Shown here: positions 10,552-22,257 of the stretch, in pieces
Position numbering within the stretch: position 1 is the stretch's first letter
Layout: each line of letters begins with the position of its first letter
Assembly: GCA_965238275.1 (NCBI GenBank)
Contig: OZ250186.1
Span: 1,216,001 to 1,280,000 of the forward strand
Direction of reading: 5' to 3'
DNA length: 64,000 nt
Origin: Nitrosopumilus sp.
GTDB taxonomy: Archaea > Thermoproteota > Nitrososphaeria > Nitrososphaerales > Nitrosopumilaceae
Made by a program: the position numbers and the translations under genes
The notes under the pieces: model-generated
What the model was told of the DNA's origin: nothing
The model's database searches: none
Seen by the model: the letters and a program-made list of their open reading frames with translations, nothing else

Positions 10552-10615
10552 GCCCAAAAAAACGCGAGATTTTTGGGCAAAAAATGCCAAAAAAACGAGA
10601 AGTTTTTGGGCAAAA
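10552..10615. repeat. Two tandem palindromic units (about 33-bp period)
   Basis: GCCCAAAAA-aacgcgaga-TTTTTGGGC followed by GCCAAAAA-aacgagaag-TTTTTGGGC. Confidence 0.85.
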
Positions 10616-10915
10616 CCAGGCGCATGCCGCCTCCTTTTGCGCGGAACAGCGTTCGCTGTATGCCAATCTTGCGCGAGGAAACCCACGACGGGTTCCGCCG
10701 AGCCAATGACGATACCAGGCGTGCTTAAGATGTTTGAACGCGGCCCAAGAAAAATCCGCAAACAACCCCGAAATGGACAGTTTGGAAGGATCCTGGGAAT
10801 TGGTGAATTTGAGAAAACCAAATGGCCCCGCCTGCCAAGATGCAGTCCGCAATCAACGAGACGGACGCAAACGATTCCGCGTCCGGAATCTGTTGTTGGT
10901 GCCTTGACAATCCTT

Positions 10916-11500
10916 ATGAATCCGTACCGCATGCGAGCAGTGTTGAGCGAAGAAACACGCGAACGCCTGAAATGGATCAAAGACGAACATGAGAGAAAAG
11001 TAGCCGTCCTACTGGAAGACATAGGCCTTGATTTTGTAGATTATGACGTGAAAATTTTCGAACCGCCAAAGCCTGTAATAGGGGAGGTCGATCTCGTGTT
11101 CGAGTCAGGCAATACGCTGATTCTGGTGGAGGTGAGCGCTGGCAGGAACTCCATCAGCGATAAGCAGTGGGCCTTCTTCTCCAAATGGGCCAACGACCAA
11201 GCCATAAAGGCCTTGGTGGAAAAGATTGGCAAGCAATCGCATCCAATAACCCGGGTCCACTTCCATTTGAGGCCGCCCCCAAGCAACATGGGTGGGGCGG
11301 AAGCCGTGGGCGTGGCGAGGCCCGGCAGCAGAAACATGATATGCTACAAAGACGACTTCGATCGACTAACTGGCATGGTGGGACAAGACGGCGCTATGAG
11401 GGATGACTTCGTGCAGGCGCTGGCCGGCGATCCTGATTCCAGCAGAGACGCGCGTGGAAAACTCGGAATCAATATGGGGCTCGGCATGATTGATGTCTGA
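10916..11500 (+). CDS. Hypothetical protein with PD-(D/E)xK nuclease-like signature
   Basis: GEVDLVFESGNTLILVEVS; start uncertain (10916/10931/10940), upstream extension in ORF track looks non-coding. Confidence 0.55.
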   Translation: MNPYRMRAVLSEETRERLKWIKDEHERKVAVLLEDIGLDFVDYDVKIFEPPKPVIGEVDLVFESGNTLILVEVSAGRNSISDKQWAFFSKWANDQAIKALVEKIGKQSHPITRVHFHLRPPPSNMGGAEAVGVARPGSRNMICYKDDFDRLTGMVGQDGAMRDDFVQALAGDPDSSRDARGKLGINMGLGMIDV

Positions 11501-11742
11501 TAAATTCTAGTGATCTGATCAACAAGGTCTACCACTAAGGTTCGGATGCGGCCATCTCATTTTTGAGCAACATTATTGGGTACATGACACTTTTGAACAC
11601 CGTGCCAAAATGCGGCGGGATCGAACCTGGAGAAGATCCAAAAAACACACTTTTGAACAGGAAACGTTAGAGATCACCTAAATTTACCAGAGCCCAAAAC
11701 CCACCAACCAATGTGTGCTAGATCACCTTGTTTGAACAGAGC
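11494..11742. repeat. Composite non-coding element A with three copies of a 23-bp motif (AGATCA-N12-AGAGC)
   Basis: Copies at 11494-11516(-), 11671-11693(+), 11720-11742(+); also CACTTTTGAACA x2 and CTGGAGAAGATCC. Confidence 0.75.
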
Positions 11743-11950
11743 CGTCTTGTCGGTCCTGTCCACGATACTTTGACACGCTCTGGAGTTGTTCGTCATGCCG
11801 CATCTCGGGCGATTTTTTTGGTGGACATGAAGCCGTCTGTGACGTGCCTTATTGATCTGTTTGCGTTGAAAGTTTGCCTAAACGTGTCACGTTTGGTTCA
11901 TCTGTTTTTATAAAAACATTATATACACAACGTGTATACGGTATTACGTT

Positions 11951-13051
11951 ATGCTTGATATTGTGCTTGGTGGCGTCGTGGCCGCATTGACGGTGGTCTG
12001 CGTTTTGCTTTATGGAAAGAACACCAAACTAAAAACGCAATTGGATTTGGGCAATTCGCGGGAAGGCGTGTCGGACCGGTTCGAAGTGCTGGCATCTGAC
12101 GTGCTCAAGAAGAATGTGGAAGAATTCAAGACAAACACGGCAGATCCGATGGCAAAGTCGATGGAAAGCCTCCAAGCGACCATAACTACACTGAAGGAAC
12201 AAAACGCAAGCAACGCTGCTACGTTTCAGACCAGCATGGAGGCCATGAAGGATACCAACGAAAATCTGATGAAGGACACCAAGACGATTTCAGGCATACT
12301 GGGCAGCTCGCAGAAGCGCGGAAGGTTCGCCGAGGTAGGGCTGGAGCGCGTGTTCGAGATGTCGGGGCTTACGAAGGGCGTGAACTACTACATACAGCAA
12401 ACCGAGGACGGCAGGCGGCCTGACTTTGTAGTAAAGTTGTCCGAAGATCGACAAATAGCAATAGACTCAAAGGCGCCGTTGGACTCGCTGTGGAGGGCAC
12501 AGGAAGCCGAAGACGAGGCAACAAAGGCAGACGAGCTGGACAAGCATGCCAAATCCATCAGGGAACACGCCAAGAGCCTTTCCAAGAAAAAATACTCCGA
12601 GGGCGGTGGGATGATGGACTACGTGGTGATGGTGGTGCCTGAACACGCGCTGCTCCCGGCGCTGGACAGGGACGGCGGGCTTACAGAATACGCACTTGAG
12701 AACAACGTAGTGTTGGTGACGCCTGCCACCTTGATGGTAGTGCTCAACGCGGTAAACCTCATGTGGAAACAAGACGATATGGCCAAAGCCGTAAAGGTGA
12801 TAGGGAATCTTTCGACCGAGCTACATGCCAAACTGTCCAAGTTTGCGTCACACTACCAGAAGGTCGGGAAAGAACTGGACGGGGCAATCAGCGCTTACAA
12901 CTCAAGCGTGGGTTCTTGGGATCGCAGGCTGATGCCTGCCGTTGAAAAACTGGAAGACGCTGGCGCAAAAAGCGGGGACGTTCCTGCAATAGAAATAATA
13001 GACGGCAAGGCACGCGAATTGCTCCCGGTAAAAGAAGAGCGCGAGTCCTGA
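11951..13051 (+). CDS. rmuC: RmuC-family DNA recombination protein
   Basis: N-terminal TM helix, coiled coil, KRGRFAEVGLERV, RPDFVVKL, AIDSKAP, VLVTPATL; TATA-like TTATATA upstream. Confidence 0.9.
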   Translation: MLDIVLGGVVAALTVVCVLLYGKNTKLKTQLDLGNSREGVSDRFEVLASDVLKKNVEEFKTNTADPMAKSMESLQATITTLKEQNASNAATFQTSMEAMKDTNENLMKDTKTISGILGSSQKRGRFAEVGLERVFEMSGLTKGVNYYIQQTEDGRRPDFVVKLSEDRQIAIDSKAPLDSLWRAQEAEDEATKADELDKHAKSIREHAKSLSKKKYSEGGGMMDYVVMVVPEHALLPALDRDGGLTEYALENNVVLVTPATLMVVLNAVNLMWKQDDMAKAVKVIGNLSTELHAKLSKFASHYQKVGKELDGAISAYNSSVGSWDRRLMPAVEKLEDAGAKSGDVPAIEIIDGKARELLPVKEERES

Positions 13052-13237
13052 AATCCAAAGCATGCATAAACCGACGTCGCAATCATTCATGCAATCCTAT
13101 CAATACGGGAACATGACCTGGGGGTTATTGAATTGGCGATCCAGCATGCAGAATGATGCGGTTTGATTACGAGAGTGGAATCATAACTGCACGGCATTTC
13201 ATGAGCCAGAATGTTGACATTCTCTGCGGTTCTTCAT

Positions 13238-13393
13238 GCTCTGGTAAGTTTTCATGATCTGACTACCAAAATTTACCAGAGCCACTTGGCAGTAAGCTCA
13301 CTTTCGAACAGTCGATTCCGCAAAATTCTGGAGAAGATCCGTATATCTCGCTTTCTAGCAGCAAATTCTCCAGATCACCACAATTGAAGAGCC
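13238..13393. repeat. Composite non-coding element B, homologous to element A
   Basis: Motif copies at 13238-13260(-), 13260-13282(+, degenerate), 13372-13392(+, 2 bp short); CACTTTCGAACA 13299; CTGGAGAAGATCC 13328. Confidence 0.75.
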
Positions 13394-13409
13394 ACAACGG
13401 GCAGATCTG

Positions 13410-13482
13410 AGACATGATTCGTAATTAGAATCCCGGGCGGTCCGATGACCAGAAAAGATCAAGTACTGCCATTTCCAGTCCA
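13410..13482 (+). mobile_element. Orphan left end of the IS5-like element
   Basis: CTG|AGACATGATTCGTAATTAG...GATGACCAGAAAAGATCAAGT...CCATTTCCAGTCC matches 17764-17836. Confidence 0.85.
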
Positions 13483-13560
13483 ATACCGTACTGCCCAAAG
13501 ATAAGAAATACTTTACATCCGTCTGATTCCCAGATTCTTTTGACGCATGCCATAGTTCCA

Positions 13561-14022
13561 TCAATCAAAACGGAAGCCTATTTTGTCCCGCAACATCGCC
13601 CTTTTCTCGATGCTCTCGTAGACGGCCTTCCTTACGTCGTCTTTATCCATGGCGACTTTGCCTGCAACGATGGCATTGGCCAGATCCACCAATTGGGCGT
13701 CGGAAAGTCCATGGTACTCGTAATGCGCCTCGTTGACGGCAGTGTCCGGCGTTGTCCCGTCATCTGATGGATCGGGAAGAAAAGGGAGTCCGGCTATGAT
13801 CGCGTATGTGATTGGCCCCAATTTTGTGCGGGGGGCGCAGACAGCGACAGCTATGCGTTTTGCAGGAAGACTTGTTGACGTGGCATACACGGATAAGCCA
13901 TCATCGGGTTTTCCTTTGAGAATCGCCACCATCCTTGAGTTGAGTTTGGCGTCAATTGTAACACAAGCGCCATACTCCCTTACAACTGACGGGGTTACCA
14001 CCAGCACAAACCCGTCGTTCAT
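13561..14022 (-). CDS. Hypothetical protein
   Basis: 153-aa ATG ORF with protein-like composition; no recognised motif. Confidence 0.5.
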   Translation of the reverse strand: MNDGFVLVVTPSVVREYGACVTIDAKLNSRMVAILKGKPDDGLSVYATSTSLPAKRIAVAVCAPRTKLGPITYAIIAGLPFLPDPSDDGTTPDTAVNEAHYEYHGLSDAQLVDLANAIVAGKVAMDKDDVRKAVYESIEKRAMLRDKIGFRFD

Positions 14023-14197
14023 TTTTCATTATTTGGAAACTACGGGAGCAATATTCCTGCTACTTGCTTCCAAGATAAACTCTACTATCGGCGGCGAATT
14101 GTTCTGTGGAGACATGTATTTGGTCAATGTAAGCAGCATCTTCGTATCTTCTGCGTTGCCAACATTTTTCTCAAGCTTTTTCGTCTCCCTTGGCAAG

Positions 14198-14674
14198 CTA
14201 GCCAACGGCATTTAGCAACGGCCCTGTGTCGATGTTGCGGAATTCCCCATTTATGGCAGCCTTGGACAGCCAGTTTGTCATTGCCTCCTTCACGGCTTCG
14301 TTGGATTCTGTCGCGTATGCGTCCCTTATTATGTCGTGCCGTTTCAGGTCGTGCAGGGCATCGACGGCCTCGTTGCGGACGATCCAACCCGGATGCGATT
14401 GCAGCACTCGTTGGAGTATCTCAACTCTCTTTTCCAAATGTTCCTGCTCGGAGTATCCGCAAAAATAGACCGCCCTGTAAACCGAATCAAACCCCTTAAA
14501 GCTGGGATCGAATATGCCCCCTTCGATGGCGTCAAGCGCGTCTGCCCCGTGTCTTGCTACCGCCCTTTCCAACTCTGCATAGAATGGATGGGCTGCATAA
14601 TCAAAACAATCATTGCAGACAATGCGTTTATGCTCGCCAAATAACCTAATTATGTTTTCCTTGACACTATCCAT
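14198..14674 (-). CDS. Hypothetical helical protein (HEAT-like C-half)
   Basis: 158 aa; WIVRNEAVDALHDL...EAVKEAM; TATA-like TTAAATAT about 25 bp upstream. Confidence 0.6.
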   Translation of the reverse strand: MDSVKENIIRLFGEHKRIVCNDCFDYAAHPFYAELERAVARHGADALDAIEGGIFDPSFKGFDSVYRAVYFCGYSEQEHLEKRVEILQRVLQSHPGWIVRNEAVDALHDLKRHDIIRDAYATESNEAVKEAMTNWLSKAAINGEFRNIDTGPLLNAVG

Positions 14675-14707
14675 GTATTTTATTGATCATTCTTTCGATA
14701 TTTAAGT

Positions 14708-16491
14708 CAGTTAACGCAGAAGTAAGGCTTGCAGAATCCATGGCAGCCAGTAATCATGACCTTGAATGACCCTGCTGGTGTTCCTGCACGGCATCGTACG
14801 CAATCTGAATGTCCAAATTACATGCGTCCACTGCAGCATCCGCAGGATGGGAAAGACATCCTTTTCAGGGACAGATATCAGACGGTCCGACAGAATCTGT
14901 CCGGAAGACAGAACCGTTACGGCACGCGAGGACGCGGCAGGATTAATCCTGTTGGTTTCTAAAAAACCTGCACGGTCCCCGGATGATCATCGTGGCGTCC
15001 CGTCACGCAGCTACGGCGCACGTCAGGCGGCGGCTTTTGCCTGACCAGGTACCACGGAATGTTGTTTATCGGCCTGACCACCAGCACGTCGGTTTGCGTG
15101 ACTGCCCGGTATACGCGATCAGATTTCTGCAAACCCGAGGTCAGCCTGGCATTTGCGATTACCCACGTGTTGTACAGGATCAGGGTGTACAGGAAGCAAA
15201 GCGCCCGGACCGTCTCGTTCTTGCTGCGGGTTCTCGCCCTTTGCTTTTCTGCCATCCTGTAGCCTGTCTCTATCATCCACCTCCGGGCATAATAATCGAC
15301 GTTGATCCCCGGCATGTTCGTGGCAGAGGCAATGTATTTCTCCTCCGGCTTTTCGGGACTGCCCGTCTTTCTCTTTCTCTTGCGTTTTGTTATGATCATG
15401 GTGTACTCGGCATGATCGTGTTTGGATTTTGCTATGCGAAATCCCGATACTGCAAGGCGTCTCCCGCATGCAAACTCTTCGATGGCGCGCGTCACATTGG
15501 GGGTGTTGATGCAGGGCATGAGATACCTTGTGCCCATTCCGTCAAGTGTCCGGATCACGTCTGTTGAAAAGAACTCGCGGTCAAGCATGGCGACGCCTAT
15601 TCTGACCTTCTTTTCCAGGCACGCATCGACGGCCTTGCGCACGAAATCGGCAGTATCAGTCAGGGCAGGCATGGGAAACGCCCCCAGGGTCAGCTGGATC
15701 CTCCGGGTCACGCACTGTACCGTGATGCATCGCTCAAAGAGATGCGTTCCCCTTTTGGCCCTTGATCTTACAAGCTCTGCGCCGTGTTTGTGGTCCCAGC
15801 GCGGTATCAGGTGCATGTCAATGGCAACATTCATCCTCCTGTGGCCAAGCATGCCCAGATCCTCAAGCTGGCTTACCTGTGAGGATACCATTTCATTAAA
15901 TGACCGCATCAGGCTTTTCGAATCAACCCGGGAGCAAATGTCGCGCATCCACTCGCTGCACGGGGCGCGCCTGTGGGATCTGCCAAGCCCCCGCACGGCA
16001 GTCACCATCCTGCGCACGGCCGCAGCGTACCCCCCGATCGATATCCCGAGCACGGCTGCCATTGCCATGATTCTGTGAAAATCATCCGTCCCGTACGCCG
16101 CGTTGGGCCTTTTGGAGACTGGAAGGCTTGAATCAAACACGCGGGCCGCATCAGACGTCGTATCCTGGCGAACCCGGGGGTTGTTTTGCAGGGAGCGCTG
16201 CAGGTGGCCTGTCATGTCAGTCACTGCAGATACCACCCGGCAGGCACCGTGAAATGCCAATGTGCGTTCAAATGCTTAAATTCCAATTCCGCAAAGGCAT
16301 GCTGATGCGTGAGTCTGTCTATGTTGGTGCATTGACAGATTTTCACCATCAATTCTTTTAAGCAGCAGGCTCCCCGTATGTTGACTGCCTAAGCCTTGTC
16401 TGGGCGAGTTTATTTTCATATTTGCTGTAACGTGCCGCAAGACACTCCCAGATCATTGTATCTTAGTCAGGTCTTACTTCTGCGTTAACTG
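14708..16491 (-). mobile_element. ISH3-like (IS4 superfamily) insertion sequence, copy 1; transposase ORF 14959..16260
   Basis: Perfect 19-bp TIR CAGTTAACGCAGAAGTAAG; DDE motifs AIDMH, LDREFFS, YARRWMIETGYR; no matching target duplication. Confidence 0.85.
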
Positions 16492-16639
16492 ATAATACAG
16501 CCACGCTACCGTATAATGCTGTCCACACCCTCATCCAAAATGCACACAAGTCCAAAGATCATTAGCATTATGCACCCGAAAAGTTTTGGAATACAGATCC
16601 CTTCCACAACCAATGAATTTCAACAGTTGCCGGGATCCC

Positions 16640-17135
16640 GTATGAGTAGTTCGCCCCCTCCAAGCCCTCCTTGACTTGGAGCTTAACGCCAAGGCCAACA
16701 GGTACGTGACCAAGAAAAAGGCAGGCCCAAGGAAGGCCGGCAGGCCCAAGGGGCAAAAACCCACCATCGCATCGACCGCGTCGAGGAGATCGACTGCAAG
16801 GAATGTTGGTGTTGACTGTCGCGTCGCTGGAAGGGTTCCCGGCGCGGCAAAACACGCGCGCCGTTCATCAAACTTTGATGCGGCCATGACATAATCGCGT
16901 CAAGATCAGGCAGGCAGAGCGCATGCGTTGGATTTTGTGGCACGGATCATGAATTTTCAGGATCAAAGACGGGCACACGAGGATCGTCGCGGCCCACTGC
17001 ATAGACGCGGAGCTGCGCGGGCTGATGAACGAACCGTTTCGATGGGCACGGCACCTCCGGGAGGGATACTTTATGACCACTGCACGTGGACGGCATCGAG
17101 CCGGACAACAACGCAGTGGAGAGGGTCAACCATGG
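16640..17135 (+). pseudogene. Degraded IS66-family transposase remnant
   Basis: SSSPPSKP...RKAGRPKG N-terminal pattern and DGIEPDNNAVERVN at about 17089-17130, in broken frames. Confidence 0.6.
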
Positions 17136-17292
17136 CTACAGTTGAGGCATCATTTCAAATTTTCTTCATTTCCACTCCACGCATGGCTACTTTCAAAAAA
17201 TCATGTGCAGCATCCACTACGGGCAATGCGCGATTCTGACGTCGTGCCGGACAGTCATTCTGCGCGGTACTCTTGGCCCGTCGGGCCGTCCA

Positions 17293-19594
17293 CTACCGTC
17301 TCCTCCGCCGGGGCATCTTTCTTTTGAACGCCCGTGCCGGAGTCTCGAGGTTGTCCCAGTCAATGGACATGTGCGGCCAGTCGTGGTTGTACCACTCCAT
17401 GAACCGTTCCACGGGATCCCTTGCAGGCGCGACGCAAAACGGCCCTCCCACGTGGGAGTCTTCTGACGCGCCGCGCTTGGTCTTGGCAGACGATGCGGCC
17501 TCGAACCGGCGCAGCTTGCGCTGCATCTCCCCGTGCAGGCGCTCCAGCTTGCCGTTTGTCTGCGGGTGCCGCACGCGCGCCAGCATGTGCCTGATTCCAA
17601 GCTCGACTAGCCTCTGCTCGAACCTGGAGGCTCCCTTCCTCTTGGCCTCGGACTCTGTGGCGTAGAACCGGGTGCCGCGGTCCGTCAGGATCGATGCGGG
17701 CTTGCCGTGGTTTTTTATGGCCCCGCTGAGCACCTTCAGGGCGTTTTCGGTGGTCGCCTCCTGAGACTTGATTCATAATTGGCATCTTGGGACTGCCTGA
17801 TGACCAGAAAAGATCAAGTGCCACCATTTCCAGTCCCATGTCATGTTGACACTTGGAAAACTGAGAGGAAACGTCAGAATGTTCAAGGCGTGTACCGGGA
17901 TGCCCCTCCAGCAGTTTGATATTTTGCTTGCAAACGTGGAGAAGGCATACCCTGACGGGGAGACAAAGAGGCTCTCCCGGAAATCCCGGAAGCGCGGGAT
18001 CGGCGCCGGACGCCGGCATTCGCTGGACATGCCAAAACGGGTGCTTGCGCTGCTGGTCCATTATAGGACGTACGCCACGCAAGACGTCCTTGCAGCACTG
18101 TTCAAAGTCGGCCAGGCCACGATATCCCGTTCCATTGATCAGGTTGCCCCGACCGTGAGGCAGTCGGCTCCAATCCCGGCAAAAATCTGCGCAGAGTCCA
18201 GAAAGACATCTGGCATGGACGAACTCGAGGGCATGTTTCCCGGACTGCCGTGCCTGACTGACGCCTCCGAGCAGCAGATCCAGAGGCCAAAACGCAAGGA
18301 CATGGAAAAAGTCCCACTATTCGGGCAAGGCCCACGGACGCACCTCCAAGGTGCAGTACACGACAACGTGGGACGAGTTGATAGTCCACAACGCCAGGCA
18401 CTCCCAGGGATCCAGGCATGACGCAAAGGTCTACAGGATGAGGCATCCCACGTTTCCCGCGGATCTGCAGTATGCCGGAGAGCCTTCCGATGAACGCCAC
18501 CGGAAGCGCACGGCCCTGAGGCACTATGGCGACAACGGGTGCGTCGGGGCGGCAAAGGCAGCCAAGGGCATCGGCATGGTGCTGCCAATCAAGAAAAAAC
18601 CCGGCTTGGAGCTTACCCCCCTGGAGAAAGGCTACAACAAAACCCACTCCAAGATCCGGGTGCGGGCGGAACACGCCATCCGCAGGGTCAAGGCATTCAG
18701 AATGATGGGCGGGGTGTACCGGAACCCGCTGAAAAAACACGATCGAGCCAACTACACCGTGTGCGGGCTGGTCAACCAAAGGGCTCTCCTGAAGAGGGCC
18801 GGAATCTGCTGAGCGCGGCATGCCAAAATGCAGGCAAGTGCGTTTGGTTTCTAATTACGGATCAAGTCTCTGGAACACCCCTAAGCCGGTCACGAAGCGC
18901 GAGGCGTCGTCCTCGTAGCACAGGAACCGCCTGCCGTCGTCAAGCTGTTTGTAGTCGGTGTGCCGCATCGAGTTGGGGCGCTCGCGCTCGTAGCGGATCC
19001 GCTTGCGGCGCCGGCTCTTCTTTGGCTGGGTGTCTGCAAAATCGGCACCCTTCAATATCCTGTGCAGGGCGTTGTGCGGGATATGTATTCCGGCAAGCGA
19101 CCTTATGATGCGCTCCGGATGCTGCCCCGCGGATCCCGTCTGACGCGGCCGATAAAACCGCGGAATGATCCCGCCGCCCGGGCGCGCACTTTTTGGGCCT
19201 GCCTGCCTGCCCATGGGGGCGCGGGGCATGCGATCTTGTCCTCGTCCTTGTACCTCTTCCACAGCTCTTGGATCTTGGACCTACACCCCCATGCTTGCAG
19301 CGACTCCTTGTTGCGGGAGTCCTTGCGCTTCTCTTGGATGATCCATTCGACTTTGGACCGTTCAATCTTTTTCATTACTCGCACTCTCCGTCTTCCCATA
19401 TGGCGCCACACGGCCGAGCGTCTCCGCCGGCGGCGGACCCACGCACCGTCGTTTCCAGTAAGGGACAGGCTGACTGCATTTCTCAGGGATTTTGCACGCG
19501 ATGCCATGCCGGCGAGAATGTCTGTCATGGGGCATGTCCACCCCAGGCCGGAGCCTCATGTGGGGTGTGGGTGAACAACTTTTGGGACTATACA
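17293..19594 (-). mobile_element. IS481-family element, copy 1 (frameshifted, interrupted by IS5-like element); distal end not located
   Basis: End TGTATAGTCCC at 19594; RYERERPNSMRHTDYK, YEDDASRFVT, ILTDRGTRF, HPQTNGKLERLH, WYNHDWPH. Confidence 0.88.
17764..18869 (+). mobile_element. IS5-family (DDE_Tnp_4/ISL2-like) element, copy 1; transposase frameshifted at the A-run near 18306-18310
   Basis: TIRs AGACTTGATTCATAATT / AATTACGGATCAAGTCT; 3-bp target duplication CTG; removal restores IS481 frame GVFQEATT; DASEQQIQRP, RVRAEHAIRRVK. Confidence 0.9.
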
Positions 19595-19722
19595 CAAAAC
19601 CGTACGTTCGTCCATTGTAACGAGGACACGATGAAATTCGTCAACTTTTGACCGCTTCACTGAACAAAGTTTGAAAACCTGGCGGATGGGCTATAAATAT
19701 TGAAAACGTGTAATGAAGGGCA

Positions 19723-21507
<1,785 letters not shown>

Positions 21508-22257
21508 TTTTTTGACATGGAACCGGGCCCCCGCGCAGGACCGTGCCAAGATCATCATCCCTTGCCCTGCCTGCCTGCCTGCCTGCCTGATGCCTGCCTG
21601 ATGCCCGCCGGCGTGGCAATCGCCCCTGCCCTTTGCGCGGCGCCGGGCGCCGCCGGTCCTTTTGTCCGGCTTTGCGCCGATGCTCCCTGCAACGGCAGCC
21701 CATGTGACGCCCTTTGCCTCCTGCAACCCTGCCGCGGGATCCTGGACCTGCCTGGGGGCGACAGCGCAAAGATCAGCGGGCCTGGCCACCTGCCGGTCTT
21801 TTTTGGCCGCCTGCCCTTCCATCATCCCCGCTTTCCCCCAGTCCTGCAATCCTTGACTCGGAACCTTCATCAGGCATGATGCAAACCGTGGGAAACGATG
21901 ATCCAAATTGGAATGGAGAGAAATTTGAGCAGATGCTCAAAAATAATTTCAAAAAATTACACAATTACACAAAAATATGTTCCATATAATGTATTACGGC
22001 GCCTAGTTTGGTGCATTTGTATCCCTGCCGGCAAGCCGTCCCGGAACCGCCCCGACTGCTACGCACGGTTTTGGCCGGGCCGGTCCTGCACGGGACTCAT
22101 GAAAGGTTATTTATGGAAGTATGTAGCCAAATTATACATTATGATTAGGCAAAACATCCAATCTATGGTGCGTAATACATTTTACGCACCACGTATTCGC
22201 AATGAAAGCGCACGTCGGAAGCCGCGCCGCTACGCGGGGGGGAAGGGGAATAGTTGC

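Noticed and set aside
11612-11630. GGTTCGATCCC on the minus strand resembling a tRNA T-loop (possible att site)
   Set aside because: T-stem does not pair and no acceptor stem or cloverleaf can be built
16560-16600. TGCACCCGAAAAGTT as the distal terminal repeat of IS481 copy 1
   Set aside because: Only loose similarity to TGTATAGTCCCAAAAGTT, no TGT terminus, and an IS66 remnant lies between
21898-22140. Long N-terminal extension of surface protein 1 in the ORF track
   Set aside because: AT-rich promoter-like sequence; the signal-like helix begins after 22258
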